A DNA stretch of 64,000 bases from Syncephalis fuscata S228 (taxonomy: Eukaryota > Fungi > Zoopagomycota). Each line of letters begins with the position of its first letter. Within the stretch, counting starts at the first letter, position 1. The position numbers were made by a program, and so were the translations under genes. The stretch covers positions 682,001-746,000 of the forward strand of contig JAHLTZ010000002.1 in the NCBI GenBank assembly GCA_025786725.1. Direction: 5' to 3'. This document shows positions 25,204-38,753 of the stretch, in pieces. The notes below the pieces were generated by a model. That model searched no databases. It was given only the letters and a program-made list of their open reading frames with translations, and was not told the origin of the DNA.

Positions 25204-28200
25204 TTAACGATCCATAACAATCTGACCAAGATCAACTGCCGATAATCGACGAAATTCCTCTAAATAAAATAAAACAGTATTACTTTACTTTCTAGCTTAT
25301 ACTATTGCCTCTTACCTTCTACATGAACAAGTGTAGCATCTTTGCGATCAACAATAAAATAGACTTCTCGTCGAGCGTCCCGACGTGCTAATATCCAACG
25401 ACTACTAATAGATAATCGATCACATAGCTCGCGAATATTTTCATCACTATAAAGTGTACCCAATATAGAAAATTAGTTGTAAACCTATAATAATATTTGA
25501 TAATTACCGCTCAAACGTCTCATGCATCCTTAAAAGGCACTCGCGTACGTCACCGCGTATACGGCGTGCTGACAACGTTGATCGGAACGCCAACGATTGT
25601 CGGTCAAGATAGGCAAATCGATAATTTTTAACTCGATCAGCACTGTAAACCAATAGCAAACACGTATTAGATTGATATACTTATATGGTCTATTTAGCTA
25701 CTTACTAAACTCGCTCAACGCCACGTCGTTCGTGTGCCATACGGTAATGGACGGCTTCAACTAGCGCTGCCATATGATCGCGTAGAGTACGGTAGAACTC
25801 AATCGCCGTCAGTTGTGGTGCTTGAGCTACTGGAATAAGCATAACGAGTAGTAATTCCGGTGGATACTATTAATTTACAATACATCATTAATGATTATAT
25901 ACTAATAAATAAAAGCTAATTTACCTGATAAATAATAAGATGATGTGCTTCTGCAGGTGATCCAATATAAACAATTGGCGGCGCATCTTGCAAGCCATTA
26001 CTATCTAATGACTCATCCTGTTCTTTTACGCCATCTGTCTCTGACTCTGTCACCCTCTTTGTCTCCTTCAGTTTGAGTGGACCGGTAAGAAACTGGCCCA
26101 GTAAAGTGACTCCATTGGTTATCGTTGTTATAGATGGTAGAGAATTCGAAGCAGCATTAGATGATAGTAGTAAAGTTGATCCCGCTCGATCACTACTAAC
26201 ACCACCTTCACTGGCCTCACGACTCAGTGCGGGGCTTGTTACGGCACTCGATGTTCCTTCATCGTCGTCATCATCTTCGTGACTATCTGCATTATCACGC
26301 TCGTTGGACCCATTTAATTCTTTGTCAAAATCATTGATTGTTGTTGAAGCTATAGCATCAATTGTTGGTTCACCAGTAACATTACGTGTCCAAAAGGAAG
26401 GAGTAATTGTTTTGAGAAAATTACTAGATTGCCAAAATGAATATAAACTATTCATTGACTTTATAAAATAAATTAGTATTATTAATATTGTTTAATTGAT
26501 ATAGCTATTATTGCTATTATTATTATTGTTATTTAGTACCTCATTTCCATTATTGTAAGCTTGTTCAGTTACAGGTATCTTTTTAGTCATCTTTCGACCA
26601 CGTCTATAGCCTGCTTTAGTATCATTTAACTCCTTAGTCGGTACATATTTATCAACTAAATAGTGCCATAATGTACGTGTATCTTGTATATCATTGATAT
26701 CCGATGACACCAATGTATCTCGCCATAATAACATAGTGTGGTTGACTTGATCCAATCTAGTACGTATATCAACCAGCAGCTGATCAACTGATAGCCGCGA
26801 TGTTCTTGACATAGGTGCATAGTCAATACCTAATAAAATATCAATCAACTAGCTATTATTACCAGTATGGATATTACCATTCAAGGCTGCGTAAATATCT
26901 CGACGATCAAAGTTCCATTCAGTAATTGCTGCATCAAAATGAGTAATTAACTGTTGATTCAATGAAATACGGCCTTGTTGTGTCAATATATAATTAATTA
27001 GACCATAGTGCAGCTGAGTAATAATAACAACAACAACAATAATAATAAATTAATAAATTAAGTTAATGAATTAAACACTTATAATCTACCTTAAACGATT
27101 GATAGCCATTTAAAAGTATTTCACGAACACAAGCATCATCAACCGAAGATTCCGAATATTCAACCTCAAACTTATGTTTATCATCACGTAATGGTCGAAC
27201 ATAACGACCAAGAGCAATTTCCTATATTAATAATAAACTATTTAGTAACAGTAATAATTAAATTATTCATTTCTACTTACAGCTAGTATCCAATAGCCAG
27301 GTTCTAGTTCAATTACTGACCAACGATGTCGCTGTGTATGTACATTATCTATAAATGGCTGGTCTGTAAATGATCTATAGATCAACACAGTTATATACAA
27401 CATGGATTATTGATAATACATCAAACTTACCCACAAAACTCGGCCAATGCACGAGCAAGACCAATTTTACGTAATCGCATATTCCATAATTGTCTTTGTT
27501 GTTTATCAGCTAAACTATAGCCTTCTACAGGCGATGTTGCATTTCTACTATTACCATCATTAAATGTTGAGCCTGGTAGTAAATCAACACGGTCATAACA
27601 ATAAATAACCTGCTGTCGTTCTTGTTGTTCTTCTTTGTCCAATTCAGATATATCCTCGTTGCCATGTTCATTATTATTACTTGTATTATCTTCAGATATA
27701 ATGAGATTTGGAGCATAGATTGACATATGTACCAATTCAGCTGGATGATATCCAGGTGTATACAATTGCTGTTGTTGCTGATGCTGATTATTCACGCCAC
27801 TCTGTGTCGTATCTGATTGACTAGCATTGGCTGGTGGTTGGGCCAGTGGAGAAATAGGCAAAGTACGCGTACTACTTCCAAAAATTGATGAAAATGGCGC
27901 TGTGAGCGAAATTGATGAACTTTTAGGCGTATCAGCACCATCAATAGTATTATTATTATGATGATTATGATTAGCGATAGTAGTATCTGTTGTGCTAGCT
28001 TCTTCATTCGAAACAGTATTGGTCGTAGTATCTGTTCCATTTGTAGGTAAAGATGGTGCAGTGGTAGCAGTGCTTTTACCTGCTACTAAGGTTGATGAAG
28101 CGTTTTGTTGCTGCACTGTCTGATGGTTTGCATTATTTGTCGCCAGTACGTCTACAGTTTCTACACGCCGACCTCTATCAACAAGTGGCGCGCTATTTTC

Positions 28201-28491
28201 CCCGTCGTCACACTTTTCACCTTTCTCTTCTTCCTCTTCGTCGTCGTCATCACTATGGGCTTCATCACGGCCGCGTACATGTGTTCCATTCGACATCGAG
28301 GGAATGCCCTCAGAAAACATAGGTGACCCGACAGATGAATAGGAGCTGGGTGGCGTGGAGTGCGCGTCGTCAGAAACCGCGGCTAATAGCGATTCAACAG
28401 CCGTTCGTCTTTCAGCTATAGTCGTCGGATTCTTTGTGATCATCTCATCGAGCGTCTCCTGCTCTAGGAGCACTTCTGGTGGGTCAGACAT
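25204..28491 (-). CDS. CCZ1: Vacuolar fusion protein CCZ1 (Mon1-Ccz1 Rab7/Ypt7 GEF) with long disordered N-terminus, multi-exon
   Basis: SIYAPNL...QVIYCY...RLRKIGLARALAEF, VHTQRHRWSVIELEPGYWIL, C-terminal WILARRDARREVYFIVDRKDATLVHVEEEFRRL. Confidence 0.8.
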
Positions 28492-28739
28492 GCTTAATAG
28501 CCAAGAAGTAAAGCTGTAGAATGATGAGAATTACCTACAAGTGAAGAATAAAACTAGAACTTTGGGGTAATCTATCATTAATTATTGTGTGTATGGTGTA
28601 TTGTAACTGAATCTAGTAAAATACATATTTAGATGGATCGGATAATTAAAGCCTTGATTTTCAAGGCCCTTTGTCACAATTATAATAACAATCAAGTGTA
28701 TTAATAATAAAATTATAATAAGAACAGTCATATTTATAA

Positions 28740-28836
28740 CAATAAATATTAATATTATTAATAACAACAATAGCAATGATAACAATAATAACAATAGCAA
28801 TAATAATAACAATAGCAATAATAATAACAATGGCAA
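28740..28836. repeat. AAT/AAC-based minisatellite (aacaatagcaataataat)n in the divergent CCZ1/RRM promoter
   Basis: Direct inspection. Confidence 0.8.
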
Positions 28837-29083
28837 GAAACATGTTGTCAACCGTTTGTTCATGTACATTGACCAAAATTCTTTCTCATTTAAATGCTTG
28901 GCGGCTCCCGCCTTCACTGCTCGACTATTGTTACTTTTATTACTAGCGACTACTAAATACTTTTGAACTGCATTTGCATTTTTCCTAACTACTAGTGCCT
29001 TTACCTTTATATTCTTTGTCTTTTCTCTTTTGCTTCTTTTCGCTTGGCCTTTAAGTTGTTAGCATCGTATACTCTAGGCGAAT

Positions 29084-31362
29084 ATGACCAAAGATACACT
29101 GGAACAACAAGTGTTTGTAAACCATGTAAGTTGCTATTTAGTCTGGCGCAACATGTTTTATTGGCGTGTGTACGAAGCGATCAATAATTAGTTACCTTTG
29201 ACAGGTAGGCGATAGATATTAAATACTGGATATTGGATGTTGACAGAAGAATTTTTGTAACGTTGTATACTATTACTGGTCATGGTTGCTACTAAAGTGG
29301 CGTGGCAAGATGTCAAGGTATTGTGCACATACCTATCGCTTTATCCAAAATAATGACATGACCAATAGGAGCTGTTTGGTGGAACAGGTCACATCCTGCG
29401 AGTAGAAGTGATGCGTGACCAAACGGGAAAGTCACATGCACACGGCGTTGTGATTTATGCAAGCGAGCAAGATGCTCAGGCTGCTGTTGGTTAGTAGTTG
29501 ACCAAGTACGACGTTAGCGATAGTAATTGCTTGTATAGATACATTTCATAATTATTTGTGGAAAGGGCAGAGAATTCAAGTTAGCCGGGTAAGTGTCAAT
29601 GATAGCATTTCAGGTTAAGATGTAAATAATAATTTATTAGAGTAAATTGAACCATATTAACGAGCTGGTGGAGAATGTTGTAAAGATTGGCGATGAAACC
29701 ATCCCAATCAAGCGACAGTTCTATGTGGACAATGTAAGACGCTGTGGCGCTGAGTTAATGGATTTAAGCTAAATAGTAATAACTAGCTTCCAGACTGGGT
29801 GCGTTGGCAAGACTTAAAAGATATATTTTTCCAAGCAGGTAATTAATTGAATAAGCAATTGATACTGACAATTAATTGTTACAATGTAATAGGCACAGTA
29901 TTAAGAACGGATATTGCTGCTAAAACAAAACAGAACCCACGTCATAGTGGTGTTGTACTATTTGCCTCTCGTCGTGATGCCAAAAATGCCATTGGTACGT
30001 GTTGGCTAACAAGCTGTTGTATTACTAACAACTTGAACACTAGAAATGTTTCACAACTATGAATGGAATGGGCAACAAATAAAAATAAGAGAGGATGTAA
30101 ATTTTATTGACTATGCGCCGCCTGAGGGTGTTCCTGTCATACCTTTGCCGCATCGTCGTCAACGAAGAAGCGGTGGTCGTCCTACCAAAAAAATGGGACT
30201 ACCATTTACTACAACAGCAAATGCAACAGTTATGATGCCTGAGAGATCAAATCAATTTCACGAGCCACAAATTTACGTAAATAACCTACCCATCATTTAT
30301 CGGTGGCAGGAATTAAAACAGCTATTCTCCCAAGCTGGCCAAGTCATACGAGCTAATATTTTATCATTGCCTAATGGACAAAGCCGCCGGTTTGGCACGG
30401 TACTATTTGCGTCACCCGAAGAGGCTAGAATGGCCATTGAATTGTTCAATGGCTATGTTCTAGATGGCAATTTGTTGCATGTGCGATACGACCGGTATGC
30501 ATTTGTAAAACATTTACCAACCACCAATGGTACAATATCTCAAAATGATGCTACAATCTTGTCTTTAAATACAGCCGATACACGGATACCGTATTATGCC
30601 AACGAGGCAAATAGAGCGAATTGGCGAATAGGCCGAAATGAGCATCTATCCGATGCAGCACGTATTCATATGTCATTTGCGTATAATGCACTACAAATTA
30701 ACTATGCTAACAGCCCATTGTCTCATCAGTACGCAGAGCAATCGCCTGTTTTGTCGAATGATGGAACAGCATGGCCTATCGTCGAGCCATCTACCCGTTC
30801 AAGCGAAGAGCAGTTAGTTAATGCCATAGAGGCGATACCTTTAAATGGTCATTGGAGTGCTCCTTCGATGGCACCAACCGATTCAGCAACATCATCCGAT
30901 ATTAACACATCTGTATTCTATGCACACTATCCTAACTCACTACAGCCACCTGCTACTATGGCACACTTATCCGCGCCAATGATGTCTCAGTTTCCTATAT
31001 CACCAATGCAACATCCAGCCTATATACCAGTCCATCCCCATTCACTGCCTGTACCGTCCTATTATATGCCAATGCACATGAATTTTAATCATTATCCGCC
31101 AACTGCCATGGCCGTTGCTAATACGACAAACACTACAACAAATACAACCCAGCCCACGTACTATCATCCTGTATATCCTATGACACCCATAGTATCGGCT
31201 ATGGCCAGCATGCCAACACACGGATATAATCTACCACAACACTTCAAGCACCCCCATCCAACGGTAGATGCTACGATTGACGAAACAGTCGCACTCGATA
31301 TGCAACCTTCAGTTTCAGTTACATCGAATCCTTCATCAGATTTAGAACACCAATTGTGCTAA
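29084..31362 (+). CDS. Triple-RRM RNA-binding protein (Gbp2/Hrb1/hnRNP-M-like) with Pro/His/Tyr/Met-rich tail; includes 13- and 20-nt microexons
   Basis: VFVNH-LPLT-VAWQDVK-ELF, FYVDN-LPDWVRWQDLKDIF, IYVNNLPIIYRWQELKQLFSQAGQVIRANI...FGTVLF. Confidence 0.85.
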
Positions 31363-31518
31363 ACTAATATTTTACTACTAAGTAGATTTTATTAATTATT
31401 TAACGAATTAAAATATATTTGATTATAGCTATGGTATTTACTTTCAAACAAGTAATGTATATTTTTAATTTACTGGATTTGAATCAAAAATATTTGGTTA
31501 TTTTTTTGTATACTTTAA

Positions 31519-31908
31519 CTAGGCTCTAAGTCCACTTGAACCACCCGGTGGTCGTGTATCTCGATCTTTACCATTTCTAAATGAACTTTCTTCGACTCTC
31601 CGTCCTCCTTCCGGTTTTAGTTCACGCGATCTTTTGACATATTGATGTTTTACAGCTGTATTATTGCTTTGCTTTGTTTTTTCTGAATCCCCCCCTTCAT
31701 CGGATTCTCCTCTCGTATGCGATGCGCTGAGTACACGAGTATAATCGTAATGATTAGATTGGATATCAAAATATCTAAACTCGGTCGATGGGTTCTCGAT
31801 GTTGTGAGTGTTTGATGTTGGATAAGCGCTGGTAGATGATAATAGACCGAGCATAAGCAATAGACATAGATAGGTTGCTGGCCTATATAAGAAATAGCTA
31901 TGAGCCAT
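31519..31908 (-). CDS. Small secreted protein with dibasic (KR, RR) sites
   Basis: Signal-peptide-like YLCLLLMLGLLSSTSA-YP; single exon. Confidence 0.6.
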   Translation of the reverse strand: MAHSYFLYRPATYLCLLLMLGLLSSTSAYPTSNTHNIENPSTEFRYFDIQSNHYDYTRVLSASHTRGESDEGGDSEKTKQSNNTAVKHQYVKRSRELKPEGGRRVEESSFRNGKDRDTRPPGGSSGLRA

Positions 31909-32373
31909 AATTAGAAATGATAGTAAGAAGGAATAAACTGTCATTCTGCTTTGCGCTATGCAGCATTTATTTTATAAGTCAAAAACCGGTCTTTAGTCAA
32001 GTTCCATGTGATCCTCGCCCATTTGTTGTTAGTAGTAAATCTCCTTTGCTGGAGGTAGCAATAGGAGTATGCCTACTTTTTGAGATAATGTTTCCAAATA
32101 CCGGTTATTATTTATAATGGTATATCCCACTGAAGATCCAGTTAGTTGAAGCAATGTATGAAGGCGGTTACCGTTATTTACCATGAACATTGTACATAGT
32201 TACAGTCTATAGGTATTTATTAAATGTGTATATAAATTAATTTGTTTATTAATAATAGGCATACGCGTTAGAATTATCAGAGTTAATGGATATAACATCA
32301 GTACAATGCCAGAACTGATACTTGGTAACAATGTTGAATTTCACACCCATATTTGTCTGCGGAGCAACTATAT

Positions 32374-33154
32374 ATAGCTTGAGCCGAGAAAAGTAAAACT
32401 TTATTACGTGGCAATACCAACATACGAATTAACGGTGTATTGCTAGCTGTCTGTACTATTGTCAAACAACTGATTAATAAAACGTCTATGCCTATTTATA
32501 TGGTATCATCGTTATTTGTAAATAATACTTTGTTCAATAAAATACATTAATATTTATTTGAAGCTTCAGAGAAGTAGTAATGCTTTAAATGTAGCTTGAT
32601 AAACATACCAAAGACTGTGCAGTTAAAGACTAGTCACGAACATTAGTGCTAGTCACAGTATCAGTTTAAAATAGGCAGTGCAATAAAGAGCACGTACCTT
32701 ATTCCTGACGCCAATGACTACAGTCTACAGAGCCAGGTACGTTATAACTAATGCTAATTGCTGCACTACAAACACTGGTGTTTAGGAAGTACTGATGCTT
32801 AAGATTGTCCAAAGGACAGAAGAGAGTAAAGACGAAAAGAAAGCAGTTGGCGAACTGGTAATGGCCTACAGTAAACAATAGCGATTCATAACAAGCAAGT
32901 CGTTTAGTAAACTTTTGGTAATGGATAGAGTTTAAATGTGTATTATTAAATAAATATTATCAAGTGTAAAGAGAGGGAGGGAAAAGTGTAATGGCGTAGA
33001 TTATCAGTTGTGGACGTCAGCCAATACTTATGAAACGCGCATTTAAATAAATTAACAAGCAAAGCGCGAATAATAAAAGTTAATCTATCCAACATGTTGG
33101 TACATCATAGAACAACAAGTGAAGCAATGAATACATTAAAGAATAAAAGTCATT
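32374..33154 (-). repeat. 781-bp inverted repeat, copy B
   Basis: Reverse complement of 24234-25014. Confidence 0.95.
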
Positions 33155-33220
33155 TTAATGATTAAAACATAGTCATTCATATATTACATAGAATCGTGTA
33201 GTAAATAGTCTATTAGTTAA

Positions 33221-36200
33221 TTAAAGTGGTCGTGTAGTTGAAGGCAAGACAGGTAGTGTCGGTACATCAACTCGATGAATAGCAATATATTGACGGCGAC
33301 CCTTTTTACGCAGCTCTGCATCTTTACACGTCACTGGAATACCAAGTGCTTGCATACGACGGCATTCTTGTTCGGCTCGACCCGCCTCGTCTTGCGGTAT
33401 CCAAATGACGGGCGGTTGGCGTCGAAAGCGCGGTCGTGTGTATTGTTCACGTAGCGCGTCTTCTCCATCGTCGCTTTCCCAATGATGTCCCTCGGGATGG
33501 TATTGGTACTCGTCATCGTCCTCACCATCATCTTCTATCTCCATAGCAGATGAGTCATGGCGAGGACGGCGATGATGACGTGCATGGCGATGTCGCGGTG
33601 TTTGTTGATCGCCGGCCATACCCGATGGATCCAGAAACAGATTGGCATCTCTCTGACTTGGTGATTGTGCGTCCATAGGTGATAGCATCGCTGATCGTGG
33701 TGCTTTCCCGGGTATCCTAATGGTTAATGAATTTCGACGACTTCTACTATGCGTTGGTGTTCCTTCTGCGTAATTGCCACTACGGCGCATCTCCATGCTC
33801 TGTTGTAATGCACGTTGTCGTTGCGGTGTCTCAGCTCCATTCGCATGGGAACGTATTGTGGTCCGTTGCTCTTCATTTCGTCCTGGCACCATAACAACAT
33901 AAGATTGAGTAGCTGTTGTGGTTTGTTGGCCAGCTGCAGTACTGCTACTTGGTGCTAGGACATTAGATTCAGCTGTTAATGTTTCTGAAGTCTCTGGACG
34001 AGTAACTGTTGTTGTTTCGACTAGAATAGCGCCAGCATGAGGGAATAAACCATAGTTTGACATAGATGTTGTGTCTGTTGGTTCTCCTAATTGAGGTGAT
34101 GTCGATGATGATGTTCTTGATGATCCTGATGTATTTTTACGTCGATTTTGCGTATCGTGCAGCACTTCTAATCGAGCCGTAATCTCTGCTACGGTATCTT
34201 CTGTCGATTGTATTCTTGGTATTGACAACGTGTCATTATCGTTATCATTCAACAATAGCTGTTGCTGCTCTTCTTCTTCCGATACCATCGCGTTTTTCAT
34301 CATTACTTCATCCATATTGTCCCATTCGCCCATTTCTCCTTCAATGATCATTTCAATTTCGGCTGCTTCTTCTCGTGTACGTGCTTGCTGTTCTGCTCTT
34401 GATTGATTCCAGCTAGTATTCATTGAGGATTCTAATTCGCCCAGCTCATAGTCCATTTCATTTAACCGCTCTTTGTGCAAACGGCGTTTTGTCAGTTTGT
34501 TTGCTTCTGCCGCTGTCGACATAATTTGCTTTCCTGTCGCTTTGGTTGACGGTTTTTCTGTTGCCATTTCTAAAGATGAATGCTGACTTGGATGATGAAG
34601 TTTGCTGCCATTTTCGGAAAATACATTAATCAAATCATGTACTTCCATGCTTGTAGTATGATCCATTGCACTAACAATACCAAGATTAATGCCTGGAATA
34701 GCGCCTTGTTCGGTAGAGCTTGGGCCCATATCCATAATACCATCTCGTCCGTTGAATACGTCACTAAGCTGGCTTTGTTGGCCTACATTAAATGAATTGC
34801 TGCCGACATCGCCGTCGTAGCCTGACCGATCGCGTTCTGGTGATCGTAATCCGCGTAATTCTTGGTCTTCAACGTCGGCCAATAATTCCAAAGGAATGTA
34901 CTCGATAAGCCCGGCCGTGCCCATACCAAATCCTTTATTCATGTAGACGTGGGCCATAATCGTAAAGGCCACCAATAGACCTTGCATCACGCTGAGCGCC
35001 ACTTGCTCGCGTAAAATCATAATACCCATTAGTGTTAACTGTTGGATATAGATGCCAGCAAAAATATGCGAAATTGCTTTGGGAAAGGCACGTGCTGCCG
35101 AGCCACGATGGGAAGCGTAGACGTAGAGAAATTGATATCGGAATACAACATGGTGCAGTGTAAAGTATATAACAACAAATGGTAGAATAAGTGGTGCAAT
35201 TGTTGAATAAACATAGCCTATACAATCAATTGTAATTAGTTATCATTAATAAATTTGCTTTTTGTTTACTTACCAGTACAAAAAATGAACGCAGCATTTG
35301 GATAAATACGACCCCATTCCATCTCAGGTAGTCGTCGTCGCTGTAGAACTTTACGCGGCGTGTCGAATTTAGTAAATGGTCGGCGTGACCATCGTACAAA
35401 TAGTGTTGGGATTCTTAATAGCTCTTTAGCTGATCCAAATAAAGCTAGTAGTAATACATAATTAATAAAAAAGGTGGATGAATTCGGCATGGCCCGCGCA
35501 AGAATAGTCAAAGTCAACGTGGGCTCATTAAGAATCGATGATAACGCGGTAAAAATACCCGTGGCAAATGTGCCCACCAATAAAATATTAACTATCTGTA
35601 GTAAATGAAGTTAGTAGTGCTATGGTTACTTATCTAAATCATTACCTGGAAAAGGAAATAACGCTGCATTAATGTAAGATAAACTCGCGAATAAAGTGGT
35701 ATACCCTCGAAAATCGATAAGACTGTATATCATTATTGATATTGTTGATATTGTTGATATTGTTATCATTAGTCGTAAATAATAATAAATTAATTACTTA
35801 CAATAAAGAATGTACGGCACAAAAGCCATTAAAAAAAAGATAATTACTTGCGGTACAATGCCTTCAATAAAACCCAATATTGGCTTGGGCAGATTTAGAA
35901 GCGGTTTAAGAAAGGGTAGAACGCCCGAAAGCGATGACAATGTTGCAACAGAACTAGTTAACGTAACTAAACACCAGATTTGTTAGTCTACTTTTCTATT
36001 CATGTTATTAATAGCACTTTAATTACCTAAAGCGGCCCAAAAAAGCGTAAGAAAAAAGCTGGCCGAGAAACTAATGCCCTTGCGTATCCATCGCTCCCAT
36101 CTCAGTACGCGTAGGTTTCTCCATAAAACATCCTCGGCTCTTACGCCAACAAATCGCGGCCATCCTCTTAGTGGGGTGCCAAATCCAACGGCCTGTGCCG

Positions 36201-37853
36201 CTAATTGCGCACCTAGCTGAGTGCGGAAGCGTATAAACGCTGTTGATGCAATATGATAGCGTGTAGTTTGATTATTGGCCTTGGTGCGTACTTTTTCTAG
36301 CTCTCGTTCTTGCTTACAAAGTGCAAGTGCAAGATTTAAAATTAAATCACGCGATGGATCCAATGGTTCACCAGTCTCCATATTCATGATAGCACTATTA
36401 CGCTGATCTACTGGAATATCATCACTAACATCGCCTGATTCGGGAGAAGCATAATGATTGGGCTTATCACTTATTTTAACCATCGTTTCCTCTAGCTTTT
36501 CTAGTACTTGTGATTTTATATCATCGGTAGGTATAGCTGCATCAAATTTGGATTTATCAATCATTTCTATATCTTGATTCGATTGTTGCTGTTTTCCTTT
36601 TGGCTGATTGTCAGTATTGCCGTTAATCTGGTCTTCATTGGTCTCTGATGGCTGTGACGGCTGTACTGGTGTTGATCGATGCCGACCAAATGGCCAAAAC
36701 GACTGTTTTACTTGTGGCCGAACACCGCTAGTCACGTAATGACAAATGGCCGCCTCTAGTTGTTGATGAATTTTATCTCGACGTGTTTTCGCCAAACCGA
36801 CCTGTATCGATCGACGTACTGTCAATACCGAGCGTAAGCCGCCAGGTACTTTACTGTAAATATGGCGCAATCGACGCTCCTGGTCAAATCGAATTTTAGC
36901 CGGCAGGCCTGTAATAAGCATAGTAGTGGCCTCAGGCCGTTTCCGATAGCCCGATGATGTAAGATAGGCATGACGAAGTCGAATATACACATTTAGTTCT
37001 CGCACCATATAGAACATGGCAATGCCTAATATTGGTCATGAGTTATGTAATAGGCAATTATATTGTACTTACAAACAAATAGATATGAGCAGACGACATG
37101 GCCCCAAAAGCGCCGCGGATTGGTTACATTGCCTACTGTCCACTCCTGTACACCATCAAGATCTCCTTGATCAATGATATTTAACGGCATCATAATAGGA
37201 AGACCAATAACGCAATAAATGATAAATAAACGGCGAGATAGACGAAGAAACCGCAAAAACATATAGGCATCAAGTCCTGCATTGCGTAGCAGCTCACGGT
37301 CTGGTGTTCTAATTGTTACGATAACCCAGTGATAAAATTGACCAGTAATTGAGCGTGGTGCCTGAACGTATTTAGCAATCATACGCGGTGCGTAGTAATA
37401 AACGTTCCATGGCCGGACTAGCGAGAATACGAGGTAGAGAAAAACGCCAACAATAACATTTACCGTCAACGAGGAGGTAAAAGCGGCTGTTGAGCTGCTA
37501 ACAGCAAATTGCTGCTCTGCTGGAAACCAGCCAGGAATATCTTTGTTTCGCTTGCTTAGCTTAGCAGGTACATTTGATGTGCCTTGCTGTATCACAAGTT
37601 CATTGCTATCGCGTGGAAGTGATTTTAAAAATAATAAATTTGATTTGATCGATGAAGACAACACGGACGTATTATCTGGCTGCTGCACCAGTGCCACATT
37701 GTTATCGACATCGGTAGCATAGGCAAATTGAATAGACAGTAGACTGACAATGGCGATTATTTTCATCAGATGAAATATCATCGACGGCCGTATAGCTGAA
37801 ATACCGTCGACCATGGTATCTGGCCGGCTATTCCATCGTCGTAACGAAAACAT
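33221..37853 (-). CDS. Second OSCA/TMEM63/CSC1 channel, multi-exon, with N-terminal extension and ~500-aa disordered C-terminal insert
   Basis: VRPWNVYYYAPR, AGLDAYMFLRFLR, TAFIRFRTQ, EDVLWRNL, SSTFFINYVLL, PPVIWIPQD. Confidence 0.92.
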
Positions 37854-38753
37854 ATATTGAGCCGCTACCGATAGAGTCGCCGTATTAGTTGTGTATATAG
37901 CTTAGATAGTAAAAACTAAGACGGTACTAGCGCAAAATACCAAATACATGAAATAGTGTGTGCAAAAAGTACTAGACCGTTGGTTTTGTTTTTCGCTCCT
38001 TAGGATTAGTTATCTGAAACTGCTACCATAAACGAGTCAAACAATACAAAACCAGTATTACAATAAATATAGAACAAAAAATAGCACTGAAAAACACGTC
38101 TTTCCTTCTATCCAAACGAAGAAACACTAATAAGCAGAAAAAGTAAGACTGTACTGGAAAGACGTTTTGAAGGTATTGTTACGAAGAAGAGTTATGCGAG
38201 TATTTGTTCACAGGAACGTACAAACGGGAACGGAAAAATGCACACCCGTGAACTTTTAAGGACCCCAAATAGTAAACTGTTATAAAATTGCAATGATAAT
38301 CAACCACCATTAAAGTAAAGTGTAGACTATTGTTTGTTGTCGGTGTATATTGAATAAAAACGGCTTTTTACAAAGCTTACAGGTATTTGAGATAAAAAAC
38401 GATAGGCTTTGAGGAGAATGGGTATGTTATGTTTGATACAATCTTCACCAGAGACATGACCCAATATGGATACAACGTGTCTGGTCCGATCTTCTTGGCT
38501 TTACTTTGCTACTAAACTATTGATACCAAAATGTAGCTAATTATGGTACGTTAGTATTTGCAAATATATTTTAATTAATAAAATAAATGAACTGTATGTC
38601 ATAACATGGCAAAACAGACTAAATAAATAAATAACATCATATCTCTATACTCTTATCTTCATATGCCACAACTTTTATAAAGCCGTAGATGACGCTATTT
38701 AAAAAACGCGTTTCAATTTTATTTAAGTATAACAATTGGTGGAAAACTAAAAA

